From positions 4,440,001 to 4,472,000 of the forward strand of contig CP126532.1 of assembly GCA_030167145.1 (NCBI GenBank): a stretch of DNA of 32,000 nucleotides, in the 5' to 3' direction. The translations under genes and the position numbers were made by a program. Every line of letters starts with the position of its first letter. Positions within the stretch are counted from its first letter, which is position 1. This document shows positions 25,056-32,000 of the stretch, piece by piece. The notes beneath the pieces were generated by a model. It searched no databases. It saw nothing but the letters and a program-made list of their open reading frames with translations, and had not been told where the DNA came from. The stretch comes from Ktedonobacterales bacterium. Its GTDB lineage: Bacteria > Chloroflexota > Ktedonobacteria > Ktedonobacterales > JADMIN01.

Positions 25056-26525
25056 ATGAAACCACTTGTCGCCATCGTCGGACGCCCCAACGTCGGCAAA
25101 TCCACCCTCTTCAACCGCCTCATCGGCCAGCGCCTCGCCATCGTCGAAGACATCCCCGGCACCACCCGCGACCGCATCTACGCCGACGCTGAATGGAACG
25201 GCCGCATCTTCACCCTCATTGACACCGGCGGTCTGGAGCTTGCCACCGGCGGCGACTTCAGCGCGCAGATCAATGCCCAGGTGCAGCTTGCCATCGAAGA
25301 AGCCGACGTCATCGTCTTCCTCGTAGACGTGCGCGACGGCATCACCACATCGGACAGCGAAGTCGCTGCGCGCCTGCGCCAATCCAAAAAGCCCGTCGTC
25401 CTCGGCGCCAACAAAGCCGACAACGCCAAGCAGCGCCAGGAATCCGTCGAGTTCTACGAACTGGGCCTCGGCGAACCGATCACCGTCTCCTCCATCTCCG
25501 GCACCGGCACCGGCGACCTCCTCGACGCCATCACCGACGTCCTCCCCCCCAGCGACGGCGACGAAGAAGAAGACGCCACCCCCGGCATCCCGCGCTTCGC
25601 CATCGTCGGACGCCCCAACACCGGCAAATCCTCCCTCGTCAACGCCATCCTCGGCGAAGACCGCGTCATCGTCAGCGACATCCCCGGCACCACCCGCGAC
25701 ACCATAGACAGCGAAGTCGAGCACGACGGCCACAACGTCATCCTGATTGATACCGCTGGTGTCCGGCGGCGTGGGCGTGTCGGCCCCGGCGTCGAAAAGT
25801 ACAGCGTCCTCCGTTCTCATCGCGCCATTGACCGCTGCGACGTCGCCATCCTGATGATTGACGGCGTCGAAGGCATCACCGCGCAAGACACCCATATCGC
25901 CGGCTACATCCACGACGCCGCCAAAGGCATCATCATCGTCATCAACAAATGGGATCTCGTGCGCGAGCGCCGCCGCGCCGCCGAAGACCTCGCCGACCCC
26001 GATCGCCCCGTCTCGCTGGTTCCCGGCGAGAATCCGCCGCAGCTTTCCGCCAAAGAGCAAGAACTGCTCGACGCCAAGCAATATACCCGCGCCGTCCGCG
26101 AGCAGCTCAAATTCGTCCCCTACGCCCCCGTCGTCTTCGCTGCCGCCAAAACCGGCTACCACATGCGCAACATCCTCGACCACGCCCTGCGCATCTACGA
26201 CACCCGCCACGTCCGCATCGCTACCCCCGCGCTCAACGACGTCGTCCGCGACGCCATCCAGCATCATCACCCATCCTTCATTCAGGGCCGCCAGCTCAAA
26301 ATCTACTACGCCACCCAGGCCGAAGTCAGCCCGCCCACCTTCGTCTTCTTCGTCAACGATCCCGCCCTGCTCCACTTCTCCTTCGAGCGCTACCTGGAGA
26401 ACCGCCTGCGCGATGTCTTCGGCTTCGAGGGCACCACCATCCGCCTGCAATTCCGCGCCCGCTCCAAAGATGAAGATGACACCAAAGGCAAGAAACGCCC
26501 GAGCCGCAACGGCGCACGGCGGTGA
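25056..26525 (+). CDS. der: ribosome-biogenesis GTPase Der (EngA), tandem GTPase domains plus KH-like domain
   Basis: 489 aa. There are two G-domains, each with G1 (GRPNVGKST and GRPNTGKSS), DTGG/DTAG and NKxD (NKAD, NKWD). The conserved C-terminal domain is present, followed by a Lys-rich tail. Confidence 0.95.
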   Translation: MKPLVAIVGRPNVGKSTLFNRLIGQRLAIVEDIPGTTRDRIYADAEWNGRIFTLIDTGGLELATGGDFSAQINAQVQLAIEEADVIVFLVDVRDGITTSDSEVAARLRQSKKPVVLGANKADNAKQRQESVEFYELGLGEPITVSSISGTGTGDLLDAITDVLPPSDGDEEEDATPGIPRFAIVGRPNTGKSSLVNAILGEDRVIVSDIPGTTRDTIDSEVEHDGHNVILIDTAGVRRRGRVGPGVEKYSVLRSHRAIDRCDVAILMIDGVEGITAQDTHIAGYIHDAAKGIIIVINKWDLVRERRRAAEDLADPDRPVSLVPGENPPQLSAKEQELLDAKQYTRAVREQLKFVPYAPVVFAAAKTGYHMRNILDHALRIYDTRHVRIATPALNDVVRDAIQHHHPSFIQGRQLKIYYATQAEVSPPTFVFFVNDPALLHFSFERYLENRLRDVFGFEGTTIRLQFRARSKDEDDTKGKKRPSRNGARR

Positions 26526-26575
26526 CATGCGCGCTCGACCATCGTTCCCATCGCCTCGTCCCTCAACGGCCAGAG

Positions 26576-26990
26576 CGTAGCGGCCGGGGGGTGTACCGCC
26601 AGCGTCCTGCTGGCCTGCCGCCGCGACGGCGGCGCTACATGTCTGGGCCGGTCCCTTCAGAGCCGCAAGGGTAGTGGAGGCGTAGGGGCGTCCGGTGGAC
26701 GCCCGCTGGTGGCAGCGAGGCGCGTGGCAGAGCGAGAACGCGGCATGAATGCCACAGCTAATCCCGTCCTCAGATTTGCGCGTATGCCCAGCGAGACCAT
26801 GTGTGAAGCGGGATTAGCCCCGGCCTTCAGGCTGGCAACCTGCCCTATCACTCAGCGTGCCCAGCACAGGATTATCCCCGGCCTTCAGGCTGGGGACTGG
26901 ACGGGGGTTCGCAGGCTGAGAGCCACCCTTGAGGGCCGCGTCTGCTCCATTTCTCGCATAGGGAGAGGGCCGAGGGTTAGATCACTGACC
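26576..26990. repeat. cluster of REP-like GC-rich hairpin elements in the der-downstream intergenic region
   Basis: Nested hairpins at 26576-26637: GTAGCG...CGCTAC enclosing CCAGC-gtcct-GCTGG and GCCGCCG-cga-CGGCGGC. GGGCGTCC-ggt-GGACGCCC lies at 26686-26704. Two copies of GGATTAKCCCCGGCCTTCAGGCTGG lie at 26811-26835 and 26869-26893. A GGGAGAGGGCCGAGGGTTAG element lies at about 26961-26980, resembling GGGTTGGGGGTTAGG at 24741-24755. Confidence 0.6.
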
Positions 26991-27702
26991 CTCGCAGCCA
27001 CGCGCCCCACAGCCCCACCAGCGACCCCGCGCACACCCCCAACCCCAGCACGATGACGAGGAACAACGTACCCAGCCCCGCAGATTGCCCCGCCGTCACA
27101 CACGACGCGCAGCCCGTCGGCGGATGGATCGCCCGCCCCACTGTGCTCACCAGCATATACCCCAGCGTCGGCGCGAAATAGCCCAGAAACGCCAGCAGCC
27201 CCAGCCCCATCTGTAGGGGTGCATGGCGTGCGCCCAGTCCGCCCATCGCATCCTCCGTGTCGTCCGTGTCGTCCGTGGAGCGGCGCTCCGGCGCGGCGAA
27301 TGTGAATGCGGCGGCCAGGCTCACCAAGCATGGCGCGAGCAGGTATCCCGCCAGCACCCGCACTACGGCGTCCGTACCCAGCAGCCCCGCCACCAGCGGC
27401 AGTATCCCCGCCACCAACAGCGTTGCCCCTATCCGCCGTAGCCAATCCCCGGCCCCGCGCACCTCCCCGCGCCGCCAATCGCGCGCCACCGTCACCACCA
27501 CCGCCAGCGTGGGCAGCGCCGCCACCGCCACGCAATAGCGTGCCACATCCGGTCCCGACTCCGGAAACGCAGGCTCATTCGTCATCAGCGCCAGCGCCAG
27601 CGCCACGCCGCCCGTCAGCAGCCCCAGCCCGAAGCTCCCCGCCGCCATGGCCCATAGTTCCCGCCGCGCCAGCCCCGGCCCAGCGATCCACTCAGCCTTC
27701 AT
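26977..27702 (-). CDS. hypothetical polytopic membrane protein
   Basis: This is only the 3' third of track ORF 26977-28680. ATG 27702 is preceded by GGAAGGAGAG. The 241-aa product has about 6 hydrophobic segments and an acidic loop TDDTDDTED, encoded by a 9-bp x~3 repeat at 27254-27278. The upstream remainder of the ORF is antisense to the MBL gene and lacks features of its own. Confidence 0.6.
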   Translation of the reverse strand: MKAEWIAGPGLARRELWAMAAGSFGLGLLTGGVALALALMTNEPAFPESGPDVARYCVAVAALPTLAVVVTVARDWRRGEVRGAGDWLRRIGATLLVAGILPLVAGLLGTDAVVRVLAGYLLAPCLVSLAAAFTFAAPERRSTDDTDDTEDAMGGLGARHAPLQMGLGLLAFLGYFAPTLGYMLVSTVGRAIHPPTGCASCVTAGQSAGLGTLFLVIVLGLGVCAGSLVGLWGAWLRGSVI

Positions 27703-27918
27703 CCCACTCTCCTTCCCTTCCCATACATCGAAACCGCTGCATACGATCCGCTCAGCCCATTGTACCTGAGCCATACCACCACACCAACATTTCCACACCA
27801 CGTGCTCCAGCCTCGCCCTCATCCCTGGCATAACATTCGCAAACAGGCGCATAATAATCAGTGCCAGGAACAGGAACTCGTAGCGCGTCCCTCCTCTCCA
27901 CACCAGGGAGTAGCCGCC

Positions 27919-29022
27919 ATGCAGGATGCCATTCCACTCGAAATCGCCGACCTCGAAATCGAAGCCAGCGGCCCGACGGAGCTTGAGCCGGGCCTCTGGC
28001 GCATACCGTCTCCCGTTCCCTTCGGCGCGCGGCTCGTCAACCTCTATCTGCTGCGCGGCCCCAGCGCCGACGACTGGCTCCTGGTAGATTGCCCGCTCAA
28101 CACCTCCCGCTCCGAGGCCGCGCTCACCAGCGCCCTTGCGCAGATCGGTATCGCGCCCAGCGCCATCTCCGCCATCGTGCTCACCCACACCCACCCCGAT
28201 CATCTCGGCGCCGCTGGCTTCTGGCAGCAACGCACTGGCGCGCGTATCTACCTGCTCGCTCCCGCCGCCCACGACATCCTTCCCCTCTGGACCGATCTGG
28301 ACAACAAAGCGTTTATCGAGGCGGCCCACGCCCTCGTCACGCATGGTATGCCCGCCGATGAGGCGCAGGCCCTCGTCACGCGCGCCGTGCAGATCCGCGC
28401 CGTACTTGTACCACCCACGCACCCTACGCTGCTCGCCCACCACCAGCACGTCCGCCTGGCTGGCGCAAGCTACCGCGTCTTCTGGCTCCCCGGCCACGCC
28501 GACGGCCAACTCGGCCTGCTGCGCGATGATGGCCTGCTCCTCGCTGGCGACACCGTGTTCGCCACCATGCAGCCGACCGTAGGTTGGTATCCCTGGTCGC
28601 GCTCCGACCCTATGGCCGACCAACTCGCCACACTCACCGCGCTGCGTTCGATCCCCGCGCGGCTCACCCTCCCCGGCCATGGCGCGCCCGTTGCCAACCT
28701 GGATGAGCGCGCCAACCAGCTTACCGGCGCCTACACCCGTGAACTCGTCACTGTCTCGCGGCTCCTCGCCGAGAGCGCCCCAGCCGGCCTCACCGCCTAC
28801 ACGCTCGCCAACACGCTCTACTCGCTACGCATGCGCCTGCCCGATTCGCGCCTCCTCGCCATGTCCGAGGCCGTCGCGCGGCTTGAGCATCTTCGCAACA
28901 TTGGCCGCGCCGAGCGCGTCACCGGCGACGACGGCATGCTCACCTACGTGCGCTCCGACGAAAGCGCCAGCGAACGGCAACCCGATAGCGAACAAACCGA
29001 CATCCAGGACGCCGCCTCCTAA
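27919..29022 (+). CDS. MBL-fold metallo-hydrolase with C-terminal winged-helix-like extension
   Basis: ORF 27760-29022. I prefer the ATG at 27919, preceded by AGGGAG. The zinc motif THTHPDH is present, with later His/Asp ligands (PGHADG, GDTVF, LPGHG). The C-terminal LAMSEAVARLEHLRNIGRAERV resembles the beta-lactamase-associated winged helix. Confidence 0.85.
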   Translation: MQDAIPLEIADLEIEASGPTELEPGLWRIPSPVPFGARLVNLYLLRGPSADDWLLVDCPLNTSRSEAALTSALAQIGIAPSAISAIVLTHTHPDHLGAAGFWQQRTGARIYLLAPAAHDILPLWTDLDNKAFIEAAHALVTHGMPADEAQALVTRAVQIRAVLVPPTHPTLLAHHQHVRLAGASYRVFWLPGHADGQLGLLRDDGLLLAGDTVFATMQPTVGWYPWSRSDPMADQLATLTALRSIPARLTLPGHGAPVANLDERANQLTGAYTRELVTVSRLLAESAPAGLTAYTLANTLYSLRMRLPDSRLLAMSEAVARLEHLRNIGRAERVTGDDGMLTYVRSDESASERQPDSEQTDIQDAAS

Positions 29023-29043
29023 CGTGCGAAAGGAGCGCACCCC

Positions 29044-30165
29044 ATGAGCGGCGGCGACCCAAGGCACCTCCCTGCGGCTGCCCAGGCCGATTTGGCCGAA
29101 CGCATCGCCTTCCACGGCCAGAACATCTACGGCGCGGCGGCCGCCTTCAACTCCTCGCCGCTCTATGCCCGCCTCTGCCTTGACATCGCCGCCGACCCCG
29201 ATTTGCTCACCCTCATCGCCGACGCCGACCGCGCCGCCCAGGTCGCCAATCTGCTCTTCGCCGCCGTCCACTACCTGCTGCTAGCCAACCCCTCCCACCC
29301 GCTCGCCGCCTTCTTTCCCGACCTCACCGACCGTACTCCGGCCATTGATGGCCGAGAGCTTCCTCGCCCCGCCGCTGAGGCATACCCCGTCTTCCGCGCC
29401 TTCTGCCTGGAACACGCCGCCGCCATCCGCCATCTCGTCACTACCCGCCGCGTGCAGACCAACGAAGTGCGCCGCTGCGCCATCCTCCTGCCCGCATTTG
29501 CGCTCGTCTCGCGTCGCGCCGGTGGCCGTCCGCTGGCCCTGATCGAGATTGGCGCTAGCGCTGGGCTGCTGATGCTCTGGGATCAGTATCGCTACGACTA
29601 CGGCCCAGCAGGTACGGCAGGCGACCCCGCCGCGCCCCTGCTCCTCACCTGCGAGCCGCGCGGTCCGCACCTCCCATCGCTTCCCACCACCCTCCCCACC
29701 GTCGTCTCGCGCATCGGCCTCGACCTCAACCCGATTGACGTGCGCGACGACAACGCCATGCGCTGGCTCCGCGCGCTCATCTGGCCAGAGCATGCCGACC
29801 GTGTGCAGATGCTCGAAGCCGCCCTCGCCGTCGCCCGCCAGCAGCCGCCCCACATCGTCGCGGGTAACGCCACCCAGACTCTCCCCGCGCTGCTCGCCGC
29901 CGCCCCGCCCGATGCCGCCCTTTGTGTCTACTCCAGCTACGCCCTCAACCAGATGCCCGCCGATGTGCGCCAGCGCGTCCTCGCCGCCCTCACCGCCGCC
30001 GCCCACGCCCGCGACCTCTACCGCATCTCCCAGGAGTGGTATGGCCAGCAAGCGCAGCCGCGCCTCGAACTCTTCACCTACACCGCCGCCGAAACCCGCT
30101 CCGAGCTGCTCGCCCACGCCGAAAGCCATGGCCGCTGGATCGAATGGCTCGGCCCCAACATGTGA
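29044..30165 (+). CDS. DUF2332 family protein (possible SAM-methyltransferase-like fold)
   Basis: 373 aa, starting 21 nt after the MBL stop and probably in the same operon. The DUF2332-like N-terminus is SSPLYARLCLDIAADPDLLTLIA...ANLLFAAVHYLLL. LIEIGASAGL resembles MTase motif I; that last point is inference. Confidence 0.75.
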   Translation: MSGGDPRHLPAAAQADLAERIAFHGQNIYGAAAAFNSSPLYARLCLDIAADPDLLTLIADADRAAQVANLLFAAVHYLLLANPSHPLAAFFPDLTDRTPAIDGRELPRPAAEAYPVFRAFCLEHAAAIRHLVTTRRVQTNEVRRCAILLPAFALVSRRAGGRPLALIEIGASAGLLMLWDQYRYDYGPAGTAGDPAAPLLLTCEPRGPHLPSLPTTLPTVVSRIGLDLNPIDVRDDNAMRWLRALIWPEHADRVQMLEAALAVARQQPPHIVAGNATQTLPALLAAAPPDAALCVYSSYALNQMPADVRQRVLAALTAAAHARDLYRISQEWYGQQAQPRLELFTYTAAETRSELLAHAESHGRWIEWLGPNM

Positions 30166-30273
30166 ATCACCTCACACTGTGAGCTACGCCACAGAATGCC
30201 GCCGCGTCCGTTCGTCATACTGACAAGGCGAATTGGCGCGCATCGTGGCGCGCTGGCGAGAGGGAGCGGACCC

Positions 30274-32000
30274 ATGCGATGGAAGCAGAGCAGGCTGCGC
30301 TACGTGTGGCGCGGCGCAGTGGTTATCATGCTGGCATGCGCCATCGCAGCCTGCGGCAGCGCAGCAGCGAAGAACACGCCGCACGCGACACCGGGCGCGA
30401 CATCAACGGCGACTATTGTCCCCAGCCCAACACCAGTGCCCAGAACCTGGAATCTCGTCACCAGTCCCGGCGTGGGCGCGGAAGGCAACCTGATCGCTGT
30501 CGCAGCAAGCTCGGCCACGGACGCCTGGGCCGTCGGCCAGTACGAGGGCACGGATAGCCTGCAACGCACGCTCACCGAGCATTGGGACGGCACACGCTGG
30601 AGTTTCGTCCCCAGCCCCAACCCCGGCCAGGTCAGCAACATCCTGCAGGGCGTCGCCGCGCTCTCGCCCACCAACGCCTGGGCCGTCGGCTATCAAGCCG
30701 CTGCTACTCCCAGTTCCTCCGGCCCGCTGATCGAACATTGGAATGGCTCGCAGTGGAGCGTCGTCCCCAGTGCCAACCTCGGCGCAAACCAATCGCTCGC
30801 CACATTGAGCGGCGTTGCCGCGTCTTCCGCCAGCGATGTCTGGGCCGTGGGCAACATCCAAACACGTAACAGCCAGGGTCAGTTCGCGGGAGAGATCCCC
30901 GTAATCGAACACTGGAACGGCACACAGTGGAGCGTCTCGCAGACTCCCACCATCCCCCCGTCATCACAGGGCGAATCACCATTCGCCACACTCAGCGCGG
31001 TGACGTCCATCGCAGCCAACAACGTCTGGGCCGTCGGCTCAACTGGCAACGTGGCGCTCATCGAACACTGGAATGGCAGCCAGTGGAGCATCGTTCCAGG
31101 GGCGGCTACGAGCGCGCAAGGCGGTGGACTCTCTGATATCTCAGCCCTCTCAGCCAGCGACATCTGGGCGGTAGGTACAGGTCCGCTCGCGCCTCTGCAT
31201 GGCTGTGGTACGGAAAACGGCGTCGTGATTGAGCACTGGAATGGCGCAAAATGGTCCAGTGTGCCCAACCCGCAGCCGCCAGGCCACCAGTACGGGTACT
31301 CACTGGCGAGTGTCACGGCAGTCTCTGCAAATGATGTGTGGGCAGTCGGCGGCGTGTTGGCCTATGCGAGTGACGACAGTACCTCCTTCGCTCCGCTGAT
31401 CGAGCACTGGAATGGCACAACCTGGGCAATCACTTCCGGGCCAAGCACTGGTACCGCGCAAGGGCTGACCGGCATTGCGACGGCCGCTGGCGCCGTCTGG
31501 ACCGTCGGCCAGCTTGAGGCCACCAATGGCCCCGGCGCTACGCTGGTCGCGCAACTCAGCGGCAGTCAGTGGTCCGTCGTCGCCAGCCCCAGCCCCGGTA
31601 CACTCCAGAATGCCTTGCACAGCGTGGCCGCGACCTCTCCTCAGAACGTCTGGGCGGTTGGCTCCTCCGCTGGCGGCACACTCACCGAACGCTGGAACGG
31701 CGTTCAGTGGAGCGCCATTCCCAGCCCAAACGCCACCAATGTGGGCAATATGCTCAACAGCGTGACGGCAGCTTCGGCCACTGATATGTGGGCGGTGGGC
31801 ATCGCGGATGTCATCAACAGCAGCGGCTATGGCGAGCACCGGGCGCTTACGATGCGCTGGGATGGCGCCCAGTGGTCCGTAGTCGCCAACCCAGCGAGTG
31901 GAGGCTCATCCTGGGCCGAACTTGATGGCGTTTCATCAGCCTCCTCAACCGATGTCTGGGCGGTGGGTTCCCAGAACAACGCCCCATTGATCGAGCACTG
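30274..32000 (+). CDS. lipoprotein with at least 10 tandem ~45-55-aa blade-like repeats (beta-propeller-type), 3' end outside window
   Basis: Absent from the ORF track because it is open at the window end. ATG 30274 is preceded by AGGGAG. My translation begins MRWKQSRLRYVWRGAVVIMLACAIAACGS (lipobox IAAC), followed by a P/T linker. Repeats of the form L(I/T)EHWNGxxWSxVPSP...L.(G/S)V.A.S..D(V/A)WAVG follow. I count 10 WAVG/WTVG motifs before position 32000. Confidence 0.8.
   Translation, partial: MRWKQSRLRYVWRGAVVIMLACAIAACGSAAAKNTPHATPGATSTATIVPSPTPVPRTWNLVTSPGVGAEGNLIAVAASSATDAWAVGQYEGTDSLQRTLTEHWDGTRWSFVPSPNPGQVSNILQGVAALSPTNAWAVGYQAAATPSSSGPLIEHWNGSQWSVVPSANLGANQSLATLSGVAASSASDVWAVGNIQTRNSQGQFAGEIPVIEHWNGTQWSVSQTPTIPPSSQGESPFATLSAVTSIAANNVWAVGSTGNVALIEHWNGSQWSIVPGAATSAQGGGLSDISALSASDIWAVGTGPLAPLHGCGTENGVVIEHWNGAKWSSVPNPQPPGHQYGYSLASVTAVSANDVWAVGGVLAYASDDSTSFAPLIEHWNGTTWAITSGPSTGTAQGLTGIATAAGAVWTVGQLEATNGPGATLVAQLSGSQWSVVASPSPGTLQNALHSVAATSPQNVWAVGSSAGGTLTERWNGVQWSAIPSPNATNVGNMLNSVTAASATDMWAVGIADVINSSGYGEHRALTMRWDGAQWSVVANPASGGSSWAELDGVSSASSTDVWAVGSQNNAPLIEH

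Noticed and set aside
25050-26528. 492-aa ORF on the minus strand, almost exactly co-extensive with der
   Set aside because: This is a classic antisense shadow ORF of a high-GC gene. The product is low-complexity (G/A/D/V-rich) with no motifs, no RBS and no plausible start context. The plus-strand frame encodes an unmistakable Der/EngA with both G-domains.
27703-28680. Upstream two-thirds of the 567-aa minus-strand ORF 26977-28680
   Set aside because: It overlaps the well-supported MBL-fold hydrolase gene on the opposite strand and has a non-protein-like composition. A strong RBS plus ATG at 27702 defines a sensible 241-aa membrane protein that uses only the 3' part of the ORF.
30300-31839. 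Several 95-179-aa minus-strand ORFs (30300-30674, 30403-30912, 30879-31316, 31300-31839)
   Set aside because: All are antisense to the long plus-strand repeat-lipoprotein frame. That frame has a signal peptide, an RBS and a highly regular conserved repeat motif, and the antisense products show no independent features.

Overview
High-G+C bacterial chromosomal segment, roughly mid-60s % by eye and not computed. It has strong AGGAGG-type ribosome-binding sites and dense housekeeping and accessory genes. Gene content and the REP-like hairpin repeats suggest a terrestrial monoderm such as a Ktedonobacteria-like Chloroflexota, but the taxon cannot be proven from this window. I support about 26 protein-coding genes. 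In order they are: SUI1/YciH fragment, acidic disordered protein, DJ-1/PfpI, CsaA-like tRNA-binding protein, D-Ala-D-Ala carboxypeptidase, polysaccharide deacetylase, PQQ-like beta-propeller, Cys-rich lipoprotein, AIM24/TIGR00266, heptapeptide-repeat protein, acyl-CoA synthetase, two divergent low-GC hypotheticals, aldehyde dehydrogenase, M20 peptidase, DUF4870, CYTH-like protein, HdeD/DUF308, IlvE, Ser/Thr kinase, DUF190-4xCBS protein, cation:proton antiporter, Der/EngA, membrane protein, MBL-fold hydrolase, DUF2332 and a multi-blade repeat lipoprotein that runs off the window. I recognised no rRNA, tRNA, CRISPR array, transposase or integrase. Many long ORFs in the track are antisense shadow ORFs typical of high-GC DNA and were rejected. 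The most interesting observation is on the minus strand at about 24465-24638. It is a sigma70-type promoter, a sequence that fits the fluoride (crcB-motif) riboswitch including pseudoknot covariation, and an overlapping intrinsic terminator. This element sits in front of an operon encoding a CPA-family antiporter and a DUF190-4xCBS protein, not a canonical CrcB/Fluc or CLC-F fluoride exporter. Secondary observations are a roughly 1.9 kb low-GC islet with two divergent unknown genes, an in-frame 21-bp x5 tandem repeat, a 7-bp x5 microsatellite next to an RBS, a REP-like hairpin cluster, and a lipoprotein with at least 10 blade-like repeats.
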